A DNA stretch of 64,000 bases from Candidatus Marinacidobacterales bacterium (GCA_965224085.1 CBDCYI010000005.1:1408001-1472000); one strand, 5' to 3'. Counted from the stretch's first letter, positions 18,512 through 29,557 are shown. Translations and numbers: made by a program. The notes: a model not told the origin generated them from the letters alone.

Positions 18512-20989
18512 GTGTTTCGGCCCACACTGTTCATTGCAGCGTTTTCCGCTCTTTTCGGTCTCTCTCGTGCGCTCGACGGGTTCTTGCGGTTATTCGTACG
18601 TCAGGATTCCGGAGAACCGTTCCTGCCCGCGCTCGCTCGAAACGCCATCTTCGCCGAGTGGGTCTGGCCTTTTTTGGGGTGGACCACGCTTGGTCTCGCC
18701 GCGGCACTCGGGCTCAGCGCTCTCTTGGCGCGTCGGACCGAACTCGAGCCGGCCGGGATCTTGGCGGTGCTGGCACGCCCCTATTTCACGCTACTCGTTC
18801 CCGTGGGGCTCACCTTCTTGGCCGCGGGCGCGCTCGTGGTGTCGCCGAGCTATCCCTACGGAGCGAATCTCGCGGTGACGCTGGCGCTCGAAGGCGCCTT
18901 CAGAACGCTCCTCACAGCGCTCTTGTTCGTCGGTGTGCTCGTGCATGCGCTCGTCGAGCTGCTCGGTCCTTGGGAGAGACGCCTCGCCACGCTCGGGATA
19001 TTCGGGCTCGCGATGGTCTGCTTTCTCGTGGCAACGCCAGCTCGTTTCTATCAGGCGGGCGTCGGGCAAGGGAACATGCACAAATATGTGCGGATGGCGC
19101 AGAGCGTCGCAGGGTCGGGAACGCTGAATATCGAGCGCGCCGGCGAGAATCCGGACCCGACCATCGCTGGGTTTCTCGGGCATCTTCCCGGGATCGCTTC
19201 GAGCTATGTTCGCGCTTCCACCGATCTTCTCGCCCATCGAGGCGGCGAAGCGAAAGGCACGAAGGTCAACCGCTCGATGTTCCGGAGCATCGAGGGCGGC
19301 ATGTATTACATCAACGCGCCGGGTCCCGGCCTTCTGCTCGTCCCAGCCTATATCGCGGATCGGTATTTGAACCGGTGGTTGGGCGGAGACCGCCAGATCT
19401 TCATCATCGTGTTCTGGCAGCTACTCGGGGCCTTACTCGTTTGCGAAATCGTCGCGTCGGTCGCGACGATGGGCGCTCGACCACCAGGTGTCGTAACGGC
19501 TCTTGCGATGGCACTCGCGGTCCCGTTTCTGTTCTACACTTTTCAAATCTATCCGGAACTTCCCGGCGGGCTGTTTCTTTTGTTCGCCTTTCGCAAGCTG
19601 GTGCTCGACCCGGCGCCCACGGGAGGCGCGGTCTTCGCCGGCGCGTTAGCGCTCGCGTTGCTACCGTGGCTCCATCAAAAGTACTCGGTCGCGTCAGCCG
19701 TGCTCGGGATCCTCGCCGGGTTGAGACTTCTTCGATCGTCGCCCGGCGGTCGGTCGCGTCCTCATCTTTACAAATTCGTTTTGTTGGGGCTTCCTCTCGC
19801 GATCTCGGCCTATTCCATTTTCCTCTACAATCACGCGCTCACCGGGAGCTTGTCGCCGACAGCGACTTTCAGCGCCGCGGAGCGCTCTTCGTTCGAGCCG
19901 TGGAACTTTTTCAAAGGTCTTTCGGGTCTTCTGCTCGATCGCGAGAACGGATTTCTCATCTTCGCGCCGATTTACGTCTTTGCTCTCGTCGGCTTGCAGG
20001 CGTTTTTCTTACGACACCGTCGGATTTTCACTCCGTTCCTCCTCGTCGTCGCCTCCTACATCGTAGTCATCGCTTCCTTTCCTCACTGGCCGGGCGCCGT
20101 GAGCACGATGGGACGCTACATACTCAGTATCCTCCCGCTGCTCGCGCTTCCCATAGCCCTCGTCGTTGGCCGAGGCTTCACCGACGGCGTGCTCGCGGGG
20201 GTGGGCGCGACGCTGCTCGCGGGAACACTGTCTTATAGCGCGAGCTTCATTCGAGATCTCATCCCGAGCTACCAACCGCCAATGTTCTGGGGTCGGGTTC
20301 TTTATAGCGATCCGAACCAATACTTGCCGTCATTTCTCAGCGATGGGTTCCTTGGCTCGGGCCCGGCGCATTTTCCCAAGTTTCTCATACTCGTCGTGGC
20401 CATCGGTGCGCTCGTCTACTGTCTTCGCGACCGTGTTTATGAAGAACCTTTCTCCGTCGAAGCGGAAGCTGCGGCGTACCACCGGCGCGCGTGCTTGGGT
20501 GCGGGTGCCGTCTTGATCGCGCTGATCGCAGCCGGCATCCTTCTAGAACACTGGCCCGGAAACGCGTCGGAGAAAACCGAGCCTCTGTTTCGGGAAACGC
20601 GCGTGCTTCGAGGCGGAGAAAGGCTGTCGGTGTTTGGCGAACATGGCTTCGAAAGCGGTGGCGTGTGGGTCCCGGGAGGCGGAAAAACGAACTTTCTCTT
20701 GCTCGCGGACAAGCAGCTTTCAGAAATCACGCTGCGTTTGAAGAACGGACCCGTGCCCAATACGGTCACGTTTCGCGAGCGCCGCGAGGCGAAGCAGAGC
20801 CTGGTGCTTCCGTCCGAAGGACCGCACAGCCGGCCAGTGCTCTTGAGAAAACCCTACCGCTTCGACGGCAAAAATGGGGAGCGATTTCTGTACCGGTTCC
20901 AGGTGCACTCGTCGGGAAGCTTCGTCCCACGAGAACAAGGCACATCCGACGATGGGAGGAATCTCGGTACATTCGTGAGGCTAAGATGA
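18512..20989 (+). CDS. Large polytopic membrane protein, GT-C-like
   Basis: Many TM segments, [22 protein letters not shown]...APIY, GRY motifs; GTG start 9 nt after TATAAT. Confidence 0.75.
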   Translation: MFRPTLFIAAFSALFGLSRALDGFLRLFVRQDSGEPFLPALARNAIFAEWVWPFLGWTTLGLAAALGLSALLARRTELEPAGILAVLARPYFTLLVPVGLTFLAAGALVVSPSYPYGANLAVTLALEGAFRTLLTALLFVGVLVHALVELLGPWERRLATLGIFGLAMVCFLVATPARFYQAGVGQGNMHKYVRMAQSVAGSGTLNIERAGENPDPTIAGFLGHLPGIASSYVRASTDLLAHRGGEAKGTKVNRSMFRSIEGGMYYINAPGPGLLLVPAYIADRYLNRWLGGDRQIFIIVFWQLLGALLVCEIVASVATMGARPPGVVTALAMALAVPFLFYTFQIYPELPGGLFLLFAFRKLVLDPAPTGGAVFAGALALALLPWLHQKYSVASAVLGILAGLRLLRSSPGGRSRPHLYKFVLLGLPLAISAYSIFLYNHALTGSLSPTATFSAAERSSFEPWNFFKGLSGLLLDRENGFLIFAPIYVFALVGLQAFFLRHRRIFTPFLLVVASYIVVIASFPHWPGAVSTMGRYILSILPLLALPIALVVGRGFTDGVLAGVGATLLAGTLSYSASFIRDLIPSYQPPMFWGRVLYSDPNQYLPSFLSDGFLGSGPAHFPKFLILVVAIGALVYCLRDRVYEEPFSVEAEAAAYHRRACLGAGAVLIALIAAGILLEHWPGNASEKTEPLFRETRVLRGGERLSVFGEHGFESGGVWVPGGGKTNFLLLADKQLSEITLRLKNGPVPNTVTFRERREAKQSLVLPSEGPHSRPVLLRKPYRFDGKNGERFLYRFQVHSSGSFVPREQGTSDDGRNLGTFVRLR

Positions 20990-21414
20990 AACGCGTAACG
21001 ATTTATACGGATGGGGCCTGCGAAGGGAACCCAGGGCCCGGTGGCTTCGCCGCCATCATCGAAGCAGAGGGCGAAACGAGAGATGTCACTGGCGGCGAGC
21101 CCCGTACGACGAACAACCGTATGGAGCTCAAAGCGGTGATCGCCGGGCTAGAGGCGCTCGACGAAACGTCTCGAGTGCGTATTGTGACGGATTCTCAATA
21201 CGTCGCGAAGGGCATGACGAGCTGGATCCATGGCTGGCGCCGCAAGGGGTGGAAAACCGCTTCCGGCACCCCAGTCAAAAACCGCGAGCTCTGGGAAGCG
21301 CTCGACGCGCTCGCCAAACGCCACCGAGTCGAATGGGAGTGGGTGCGCGGTCATGATGGCCACCCCGGCAATGAGCGCGCCGACACCCTAGCCAAAGAAG
21401 CCGTCCCGCGCTGA
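20986..21414 (+). CDS. rnhA: Ribonuclease HI
   Basis: [40 protein letters not shown]. Confidence 0.97.
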   Translation: MKRVTIYTDGACEGNPGPGGFAAIIEAEGETRDVTGGEPRTTNNRMELKAVIAGLEALDETSRVRIVTDSQYVAKGMTSWIHGWRRKGWKTASGTPVKNRELWEALDALAKRHRVEWEWVRGHDGHPGNERADTLAKEAVPR

Positions 21415-21419
21415 CGCTT

Positions 21420-21944
21420 CTATGGGAGATTCGCCATCGCGCGGGCCGCGAGATCCACGACTTGCGCTTCTTCCGCGGACGGAGAACTCACTTCCAGGAC
21501 GTCCCCGCCGCGAAAGGCGCGCACCATGTGATCCTCAGCGACATACATAGCCCAATCGCCCGGAACGCCTTCGACGGTATGGTACTCCTCGCGCGGCGGA
21601 TCCTCTCCGCCAAACTCCTCGCCAAAATCGGCCACGAACTCGTCGAACGAGTCGAGCCCCGCGCGCTCGAGCGTCATTACGACCAAGCTTCCCGAGCCAT
21701 CCGCTGCGCCCCACGTACATTGGCCTTTACCCTCGTCGCCACTTGCGGGCTCGCCCGCGGCTGTGCCTAGCGCCGCTTCGATGTCGGCACTCGTTAGGAG
21801 CGCACACATGTCGGCACGCGGCGGCGCACTCGGAGCGGCCGGCTCTGCGCCGCCCGTGGACTCACCACCGCCGCTGCAACCCAGACTGACGATGGAGACT
21901 ACGACCAGGATGTAGATCGGTTTCGGTAATATCGAGAATCTCAT
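21420..21944 (-). CDS. Hypothetical lipoprotein
   Basis: Lipobox SLGC; DMCALLT..DI...LG...CTW pattern. Confidence 0.75.
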   Translation of the reverse strand: MRFSILPKPIYILVVVSIVSLGCSGGGESTGGAEPAAPSAPPRADMCALLTSADIEAALGTAAGEPASGDEGKGQCTWGAADGSGSLVVMTLERAGLDSFDEFVADFGEEFGGEDPPREEYHTVEGVPGDWAMYVAEDHMVRAFRGGDVLEVSSPSAEEAQVVDLAARAMANLP

Positions 21945-22027
21945 AGCCCCGCTAGCTTAGCCCGAGTCCGGCCGAAGGGATAGCCATTTACCTGGCGGCG
22001 TCGTGCGCCACTCCAGAGGAGCGGCAA

Positions 22028-23962
22028 CTAGCAGAATGCCGCGGCTTTTTGGGCCAGCTCTTCCCACTCCTCGTAGAGAGCTTTGAGTTCGGCTTTCAGG
22101 TCTTCGCGTGTCTTGACGACCTGGGCGGCCGCCTCGTCATCGTCGTAGAAACCCGGCACCGACATGCGGCCTTCTAGACTGTCGATGCCAATCTCGGTTT
22201 CGGAGATCGTCATCTCGATCTCTTCGAGCCTGTCTTGGATCTCTCTCGCTTTGTTCTTGGAGACTGTTTTTCTCGTGGCCTCGGGCGCTTTTGACGGGAC
22301 GGGCTCCTCGATCTTCTCTTTCTTTACTCGAGTCGGGGGCTCGAGCTTCTTCGGCTCGAGCTGGGCTTGTTTCGCGCGCAGGAAATCCGGATAGCCTCCC
22401 CAGTGCACTTGTATGTGGCCGTCGGCAATCTCCGCGACTTTGGTCGAGAGTTGATCGAGGAGGTAACGATCGTGCGAGACGAAAACGAGCGTTCCTCGAT
22501 AAGCCCGGAGCGCATCGAGAAGGATTTCTTTCGAATCGAGGTCGAGATGGTTTGAAGGCTCGTCGAGGAGTAGAACGTTCGCAGGACGAAGCAGCATGCG
22601 CGCGAGCGCGAGACGGCTCTTCTCGCCACCGGAGAGCACTTGGACTTTCTTGTCGACGTCATCGCCGTGGAAGAGAAAAGCACCCAAAAGACTTCGCAGT
22701 CTCGGGATCATTTCGGTGGGAGCGCCGTCTGTCATGTTCTCGAGCACGGTGCGCTCTTCGTCGAGGTCGTAGCGATCTTGGCTGAAGTACCCCGTCTTGA
22801 CGTTATGTCCGAGACGAAGCTTTCCAGAGTCGACCGGTTCGGTCTCCGAGAGCAAGCGCATGAGCGTGGACTTTCCGACACCGTTCGGTCCGACGAGAGC
22901 CATGCGCTCTCCACGCTCGATGAGAAGGCTTGCTCCGGTGAAGACATGATTATCGCCGTAGCTCTTGTTCATGTTCTCGAGCTCGATCACGACGCGACCC
23001 GAGCGCTCGACTTCCGGTAGCCGAAGCCGCATCAGCTTGCGTTCCGGAGGGATGTCGATCTTCTCTATCTTCTCGAGCATCTTGACACGGCTTTGAACTT
23101 GCTTTGCCTTCGTCGCCTTGTAGCGAAATTTGTTGATGAAGCGCTCGGTCTTCTCGATTTCTTCTTGCTGGCGCGCGGCTTTCGCGCGAAGCTCCGCGAG
23201 TGTGTTTGCCCGCGTCTTGATGAACGTGCTGTAGTTACCGGTGTAGTCGACGAGTCGCCGGCGCTCGATGTCGGTAATTCGCGTGACGACCTGGTCGATG
23301 AAATAGCGGTCATGGGAGACGAGCACGATCGCGTGCGGGTAGTTGGCCAGGTAGCCCTCGAGCCAATTGCGGGCTTCGAGGTCGAGATGATTGGTGGGCT
23401 CGTCGAGAAGGAGAAGATTCGGCTGCGACAAAAGAAGCTTGGCGAGCGCGATGCGCATTTGCCATCCGCCGCTGAACGTTTCCGTGGGGGTGTCGAGTTC
23501 TTCTGTCTTGAAACCGAGGCCGAGAAGAACTTCTTCCGACCGGCTTTCGATGCTGAAGCCGCCGCGCCGATCCCACTCCTCGCGGCACTCGCCGTAGCGC
23601 TCGAGAACCCGCCTGTGCTCAGCGCTCTCGACATCGGTAGCACCCATCTGCTCTTCGAGCGCCTTCATCTCTTCGCCGATGGCGAGAAGTTTTTCAAACG
23701 CGGTGAGCGTTTCTGCTCGAAGAGTGTTGCCGCTATGGACGAGCCCTTCCTGCGGGAGATAGCCCACTGTCGTGCCGCGTGGGGTCGTGACTTTCCCGCT
23801 ATCGGCCGATTCGCTGCGCACGAGCATGCGCAAGAGCGTCGTCTTACCCGATCCGTTCGGGCCGGCAAGGCCGACGCGCTCGCCGTGGGACACTTTCCAC
23901 GTGACGTCCTCGAACAGAACGCGGCCGGCGTAAGCTTTGGTAAGGCTTTGGATTTGAAGCAT
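22028..23962 (-). CDS. ABC-F family ATPase (YheS/Uup-like)
   Basis: Two NBDs (GPNGSGKT/SGGW; GPNGVGKS/SGGE), LDEPTNHLD, inter-domain linker, C-terminal coiled coil, no TM. Confidence 0.95.
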   Translation of the reverse strand: MLQIQSLTKAYAGRVLFEDVTWKVSHGERVGLAGPNGSGKTTLLRMLVRSESADSGKVTTPRGTTVGYLPQEGLVHSGNTLRAETLTAFEKLLAIGEEMKALEEQMGATDVESAEHRRVLERYGECREEWDRRGGFSIESRSEEVLLGLGFKTEELDTPTETFSGGWQMRIALAKLLLSQPNLLLLDEPTNHLDLEARNWLEGYLANYPHAIVLVSHDRYFIDQVVTRITDIERRRLVDYTGNYSTFIKTRANTLAELRAKAARQQEEIEKTERFINKFRYKATKAKQVQSRVKMLEKIEKIDIPPERKLMRLRLPEVERSGRVVIELENMNKSYGDNHVFTGASLLIERGERMALVGPNGVGKSTLMRLLSETEPVDSGKLRLGHNVKTGYFSQDRYDLDEERTVLENMTDGAPTEMIPRLRSLLGAFLFHGDDVDKKVQVLSGGEKSRLALARMLLRPANVLLLDEPSNHLDLDSKEILLDALRAYRGTLVFVSHDRYLLDQLSTKVAEIADGHIQVHWGGYPDFLRAKQAQLEPKKLEPPTRVKKEKIEEPVPSKAPEATRKTVSKNKAREIQDRLEEIEMTISETEIGIDSLEGRMSVPGFYDDDEAAAQVVKTREDLKAELKALYEEWEELAQKAAAFC

Positions 23963-23969
23963 TTCTCAC

Positions 23970-24001
23970 AAAAAAAAGGCCCGGCCCTCGCGAGCCGGGA
24001 C
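23970..24001 (-). terminator. Intrinsic terminator-like hairpin in the 5' leader of the ABC-F gene
   Basis: Minus strand GTCCCGGCTC-GC-GAGGGCCGGGCC followed by T8, ending 7-8 nt before the ATG. Confidence 0.65.
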
Positions 24002-24047
24002 GTTCCTAAAATATAATAGCGTGAAAACGGAGAAGCGAAGGCCAGAT

Positions 24048-27000
24048 ATGAGACAATCTCTGCAAGTCGTTGCCCTGACGCTGTTTACAGTGGGCGCTGG
24101 GCTCCCTATCGCGCCCCCAGCAACACGGACCGCCCAGCGCGCCGAAGCTTCCGCCCAGGCTAATCGCGGCGTCGCCCTGCTCGAACAATTTCGCTTTACC
24201 GAAGCCATCGATGCGTTCGAAGCTGTCGTGGCGCTCGAGCCGAATGAGGCGGCCGGACACATCAACCTCGGGATCGCCTATTTCAACGAACGCGACTTCG
24301 ACAAAGCCCTCGAGTCGTTCGAGCGGGCCCGCGAGCTCGATGCCTCGAGTCCCTACGTTCACTACAACCTCGGGCTCGTTTACAAGCTGCAGGGTGAAAC
24401 AGAGGAGGCGGTGGCGGCGTTTACGCGCGTGCTCCCGATCGATCCGGTCGACTCGATGACGCATTACTATCTCGGTACGCTCTACGCCAATCTTGGTCGC
24501 CTCGAGGACGCAGAGACCACTTTGCGGCGCACGATCGAGCTCCAGCCGAACAACGAGTCCGCCCATTTCAGCCTCGGGAATATTCTCATCCGACAAGGAC
24601 GGCGTGACGAGGGGCGCGCCGAGCTTCGTGTTTTTCAAGATCTGAAGAAAAATTTTCCGGGAGAGGGGACGTCGGCGGGCCTCCAATATACTGAGCTCGG
24701 AAAATATGCCGAAGCCGTGGAAGTAGTCCAGGATCAGCTTCAACCCATGACTCCGGAACGCACCACCGAGACTTCACTTCGTTTCACCGAAACGACCTCC
24801 GACGCCGGTCTTTCCCTCCCAGCGCTCGAAGCTCACAGTGCACTTCCCGAACGCCTCGACGTTTCCGAGTACACACTCGAGTGGATACGGGGTAAAGCGC
24901 TCCCCCGGCTCGGGACCGGTCTTGCCTTTCGGGATCTCGATGGCGATGACGATCCCGATATGCTGTTCGTCAAAAGCGGAGCTCCGGTTTTTTTGAGAAA
25001 CACGAATGGTCGTTTCGAAGCGCTCGACGCGACCGGGCTTCCCCAGGAAGGCCATTTCGTCGGCGTCGTCGTGGGCGACGTGGACAACGATCTCGACGGA
25101 GACGTCTACCTCACGGGCGCAGGGCCGAACGCGCTCTTCCTCAATGACGGCAGAGGACGTTTCACGCCATCCGAAGACGAAACCGTTCAAAGCGACGACG
25201 TGTCGGTGAGCGCTACTTTTGCCGATGTCGATCACGACGGCGACCTCGATCTCTACGTCGCGAACTACCTTTCTCAGAAAGCGCCGCCAAACGTCGACGT
25301 GCTCGTACTGCCGGACGATCTTCCTGGAGCGCCCAATCGTATGTATCAGAATAACGGCGACGGATCGTTTACCGAGATTTCAGCGGAGACCCGTACCGAT
25401 GGTGGCGCGCGCCGAAGCCTCGGGACGGTCTTTTCCGATCTCGACAACGATCGCGACATCGATTTCGTCGTCGTCAATGATGGAGCGCCCGCGCTCGCAT
25501 TCTCGAACGATCGTGTCGGGACTTTTACGGAGAGCTCTCGGGTTTGGGGACTCGAGACGAGCTCGCGGATGCGCGGGCTGGATGCGGCGGATTTCGATCG
25601 GGATGGCAGCTTCGATCTGTTCCTGACATCCGAAGGCGCTGCGTTGAACAGTCTCTTGCGAGGACCGGCCCAGGGCGGGTTCCGACCCGACGTGCTCTCA
25701 CCCGGACTTCTCGCCGCGGGTTCGCCGGGGGCGCGCTATGGAGTGAGCTTCGTCGATGCAGACAACGACGGCGATTTGGATCTGCTCGTTGTCGTCAACG
25801 AAGCGGAGGCGCTTGCTATTTATTATGAGAACACGCCGAACGGCTACGTCCGTGCTCTATCACTTCAAGCAGCGGTGGAGGGAGAAGGGCGCGCTTTGGC
25901 ACTTGCCGATGTGGACGCCGACGGTGATGTGGACGTGGTCGTCGCCACGGACCTCGGAGAGCTCGTCTATTTTCGCAACGACGGCGGCAACGAAAAGGGC
26001 TTCCTCCGCATCCGGGCGCGCGGACTGCGCAGCAATCTCGATGGACTCGGAGCAAAAGTCGAGGTCAAAGCGGGCGCGGCCGGTACCAAGCGCGAGGTGC
26101 GCTCCTCGAGCGGCTATTTCTCGCAGAACGAGCTCCCGCTTCATTTCGGTCTCGGAGACAGCCCGCGCGCGGACTACGTACGTTTTCTCTGGCCGGGAGG
26201 CGTCAAGCAAATCGAGATGGAGCTCGAGAGCGGTCAAACGGCTTCAATCGAGGAGCTCAACCGCAAGGGCACGTCGTGCCCGATTCTCTATGCTTGGGAT
26301 GGCGAGAAAATCCGATTCGTTACGGACTTTCTCGGAGGGAGCGCGCTCGGATATCTCCACGCTCGGAACAAGTACAACTATCCCGATACGGCCGAGACCG
26401 TCAAGATGGAGTCCTTCCCTCTCGTCGCTCGCGACGGGCGCTTCGAGATGCGCTGGGTCAATCAGCTCGAAGAAGTCCTCATCTACGATCGGGCTTCCCT
26501 TGTCGTCGTCGACCATCCCAAGGAGTTCGAAGTGTTCCCGAACGAGCGCCTCATGCCGGGGCCCCCTTTTCCCGATGACCGTCTTTACGCCGTGGCGGAG
26601 ATGCGCGTGCCGGAGGGCGCCGTCGACCATCGAGGCAAAGATGTCAGTGCCCTCATCGCGGAGAAGGATCGCCTCTATCCCGACGGCTTCGATCTTCTCG
26701 AGCTCAAAGGCTACGCGGAACAGCATGCGTTGGTGCTGGACCTAGGTGCTCTCGAGCCCGACGAGAGCTACGTGCTGCTCTTATATGGCTGGGTCGACTA
26801 TGCCGATTCGAGCTCGAACCTCGCTGCATCCCAAGCGGGCGTCACTTTGGTGACGCCTTATCTCGAAGTCGGCGACGCTGCGGGAAATTTCGAATTGGGT
26901 CTTCCACAAATGGGCTTTCCCGCGGGGCTGCCAAAGACCATGCTCGTCGACCTCTCAGGTCTCGTGACGCCCGAGAAGAATCGCGTGCGTATCACCACGA

Positions 27001-27590
27001 GCATGCGCCTTTATTGGGATCAGATCCTCGTGGCCAGGCGCGTCGCGACTGAGACTGCGACTGAGACAGAGAATGCCCGGTGGCGGGTGACGGAGCTCGA
27101 CCCCGCGAGCGCGGATTTGAGATTCACCGGCTACCCGGCGCCCTTCAACCCGGACGGCCGGGCCCCATCCCTCTATACCTATGATCGAATTCTGGAGACG
27201 GAGCTCTGGGGCGCCCACGAAGGCTACTACACGCGCTACGGTGACGTGCGTCCTCTCGTCGCCGCCATCGATGATCAATACGTCATCACCCATCACGGTG
27301 ACGAGCTTCGTTTGACGTTCGAGGCGTCAGAGCTTCCAGAGCTTCCCGATGGCTGGACGAGAAGCTTTCTCGCCTTCGCAGACGGCTTCGGAAAGGACAT
27401 GGATCTCAACTCGGCGCGGCCCAATCGCATCGAGCCTCTGCCGTTTCACGGTATGACGTCTTATCCGTATCCCGAAAACGAGTCGTTCCCGGATTCCGAG
27501 CTTCATCGCCAGTACAACATGCGCTATGTTGGTCCGGATGCGGCCAACCCGTTTGCAACGCGCCCAAAGTCAGGGACGTCTGTTCAGTAG
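24048..27590 (+). CDS. Secreted TPR + FG-GAP repeat + ASPIC/UnbV (CRTAC1-like) protein
   Basis: Signal peptide, TPRs, repeated DxDxDGDxD motifs, GYFSQ...LHFGLG...V.WP.G, then GTSCP.LYAWDG extension; start 24021 also possible. Confidence 0.9.
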   Translation: MRQSLQVVALTLFTVGAGLPIAPPATRTAQRAEASAQANRGVALLEQFRFTEAIDAFEAVVALEPNEAAGHINLGIAYFNERDFDKALESFERARELDASSPYVHYNLGLVYKLQGETEEAVAAFTRVLPIDPVDSMTHYYLGTLYANLGRLEDAETTLRRTIELQPNNESAHFSLGNILIRQGRRDEGRAELRVFQDLKKNFPGEGTSAGLQYTELGKYAEAVEVVQDQLQPMTPERTTETSLRFTETTSDAGLSLPALEAHSALPERLDVSEYTLEWIRGKALPRLGTGLAFRDLDGDDDPDMLFVKSGAPVFLRNTNGRFEALDATGLPQEGHFVGVVVGDVDNDLDGDVYLTGAGPNALFLNDGRGRFTPSEDETVQSDDVSVSATFADVDHDGDLDLYVANYLSQKAPPNVDVLVLPDDLPGAPNRMYQNNGDGSFTEISAETRTDGGARRSLGTVFSDLDNDRDIDFVVVNDGAPALAFSNDRVGTFTESSRVWGLETSSRMRGLDAADFDRDGSFDLFLTSEGAALNSLLRGPAQGGFRPDVLSPGLLAAGSPGARYGVSFVDADNDGDLDLLVVVNEAEALAIYYENTPNGYVRALSLQAAVEGEGRALALADVDADGDVDVVVATDLGELVYFRNDGGNEKGFLRIRARGLRSNLDGLGAKVEVKAGAAGTKREVRSSSGYFSQNELPLHFGLGDSPRADYVRFLWPGGVKQIEMELESGQTASIEELNRKGTSCPILYAWDGEKIRFVTDFLGGSALGYLHARNKYNYPDTAETVKMESFPLVARDGRFEMRWVNQLEEVLIYDRASLVVVDHPKEFEVFPNERLMPGPPFPDDRLYAVAEMRVPEGAVDHRGKDVSALIAEKDRLYPDGFDLLELKGYAEQHALVLDLGALEPDESYVLLLYGWVDYADSSSNLAASQAGVTLVTPYLEVGDAAGNFELGLPQMGFPAGLPKTMLVDLSGLVTPEKNRVRITTSMRLYWDQILVARRVATETATETENARWRVTELDPASADLRFTGYPAPFNPDGRAPSLYTYDRILETELWGAHEGYYTRYGDVRPLVAAIDDQYVITHHGDELRLTFEASELPELPDGWTRSFLAFADGFGKDMDLNSARPNRIEPLPFHGMTSYPYPENESFPDSELHRQYNMRYVGPDAANPFATRPKSGTSVQ

Positions 27591-27594
27591 CCGG

Positions 27595-29430
27595 ATGCGA
27601 AGACACGTTGTCGCGACACTGCTACTGTCCATGATTGTTGCATCGGAGGCCTGCCGCGACTCGACGCCCGCCGCACCGCCCCAGGACTTGATGGACGAAA
27701 CCTACCTCGTGTTGTCTCCCGGCGGTGACGAAGATTGGGTGTCGCCGGTAGCACTGGGTGGCGAAAGCCGCCCCGCGCTCATCGCAAGAACGCCGGCAGA
27801 GTTTCGTTACCGCGTGCACGTCCCTGAGCGGGCGACGCTGACCTTCGCTCTCGGAATTCTGCAAGCGCCGGGAACGACCAGTGAGGAAGACGTGCCGCTT
27901 CCGGGCAACCGCATGCGCTTCGAAGTGCGGGCCGGCGAGGACGGTGCAAACGAGCTTCTCTTCGAGCGCCAGATCCACGTGGCGCGACGTGGACAATGGA
28001 TCGAGCAGGAAGTAGATTTGCGCAGGCTATCGGGGCGCGAAGTGTGGCTCGTGTTCCAGTCGTCTTTTCCCGGCGCGGAAGATCGAGAGGAGCCGCTCCC
28101 GCTCATCGGTGTTTTCGGCGACCCGGTCCTTCATGACCGCGCGCGATTTCGTGAGGGCCGCGGGGTCGTGCTCGTGTCCATCGACACGCTGCGGCGCGAC
28201 CATATGAGCATCTACGGTTATCCCCGCAAGACGACGCCCGGGCTCGAGGCCTTTGCGACGGAAGCGATCGTGTTCGACGACGCGGTTAGCACGTCCTCGT
28301 GGACACTCCCGGCTCATGCGTCGCTGTTCACGTCGACCTATCCGAGCGTTCACGGCGCCGTGAACTTGAACGTCGGGCTCTCACGATCCTGGCCCAACCT
28401 CGCGACGCTCTTTCGGGAGCGCGGTTTTACCACGCAGGCGATGGTGACCCACATCTATCTCGCCCCCGAATACGGCCTAGATGAAGGCTTCGATCGCCAT
28501 CAATACTTGCCGGAGACGCGTGCGGAACAGCTCACCGATCGCGCCGTGCGTTTCTTGTCGGCCATGGGCGACCGGGACTTCTTTCTCTTCGTTCATTACT
28601 ACGATCCACATTGGCATTACGACCCACCACCGCCCTACGACACAGAGTTCGACCCATCCTATGAGGGCAAAATGTCAGGTCTGTGGTGGGAATTCAAAGA
28701 GCTCGAAGCGGACGAAGTCGACGCGCGCGACCTCCATCACGTCAAAGCGCTCTATGACGGTGAGATTCTCTATACCGACCGGCATGTCGAGCGCCTCTTT
28801 CGCGAGATGAAGTCGCTAGGGATTTTCGACAAGAGTGTCATCGTCGTGACCTCGGATCACGGGGAAGAGTTTCTCGAGCACGGCCATTGGGAGCACCAGA
28901 AGACACTCTATGAAGAGCTGCTTCGCATCCCGCTACTCGTGAAGCTCCCGAACGGTAAAGGGCGTGGCCGACGTGTTTCCGAGCAAGTGTCGCTCGTCGA
29001 CGTCGCGCCCACGGTTGTCGAAGCGCTCGCAGTGCCGCGGCCACCCTCATTCCAAGGCCGAAACTTGTTCGAGCTTTTGGGCGGGTCAGAAAAACGCGAG
29101 CCTCGGGAAGCGTGGTCCGAGACCGAGCACACCATCGACCATTCTCGCAAGCTGTCACTGCGACTCGGCGCGGAAGGCCGAAAGGCGATTTTCAGCCTGC
29201 GGGATGCAAGCATCGATGTCGAGCTTTTCGATCTCGCCCGCGACCCCAGTGAGCTCCAAGCGCTCGGCCCCACTCTACTCTACGACAAGACGCGCAAAGC
29301 TTTCGAAAAACGCCTCGAGGAATATCTGCGTGACATGGCGGCGGCGCGCGAAGGCAATCACGATATTCCGGCCGTGGAGCTCGATCCCGAACAGCAGGAA
29401 CGACTTCGCGCTTTAGGCTACATCCGATAG
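27595..29430 (+). CDS. Sulfatase-like alkaline-phosphatase-superfamily hydrolase/transferase
   Basis: IDTLRRDH, WTLPAHASLFT, HYYDPH, YDGEI, SDHGEEF.EHG..H, C-terminal LRALGY. Confidence 0.9.
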   Translation: MRRHVVATLLLSMIVASEACRDSTPAAPPQDLMDETYLVLSPGGDEDWVSPVALGGESRPALIARTPAEFRYRVHVPERATLTFALGILQAPGTTSEEDVPLPGNRMRFEVRAGEDGANELLFERQIHVARRGQWIEQEVDLRRLSGREVWLVFQSSFPGAEDREEPLPLIGVFGDPVLHDRARFREGRGVVLVSIDTLRRDHMSIYGYPRKTTPGLEAFATEAIVFDDAVSTSSWTLPAHASLFTSTYPSVHGAVNLNVGLSRSWPNLATLFRERGFTTQAMVTHIYLAPEYGLDEGFDRHQYLPETRAEQLTDRAVRFLSAMGDRDFFLFVHYYDPHWHYDPPPPYDTEFDPSYEGKMSGLWWEFKELEADEVDARDLHHVKALYDGEILYTDRHVERLFREMKSLGIFDKSVIVVTSDHGEEFLEHGHWEHQKTLYEELLRIPLLVKLPNGKGRGRRVSEQVSLVDVAPTVVEALAVPRPPSFQGRNLFELLGGSEKREPREAWSETEHTIDHSRKLSLRLGAEGRKAIFSLRDASIDVELFDLARDPSELQALGPTLLYDKTRKAFEKRLEEYLRDMAAAREGNHDIPAVELDPEQQERLRALGYIR

Positions 29431-29557
29431 TCGCGCAAGAATTAAGATAGAAGGAAATTTTTCCTTGTTTTTGCCGCGGGTTTGATATTCTGTACGTGGG
29501 TGGTGTCATTGGACACCGTCGGGAATACGCGTTGAACGACTCTTACTGGTTGCCTGA

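Noticed and set aside
18658-20238. Long alternative-frame and antisense ORFs (also 32961..34070, 58287..59273, 23093..24016)
   Set aside because: Arg/Ala-rich shadows of well-supported genes, expected in high-GC DNA; no motifs.
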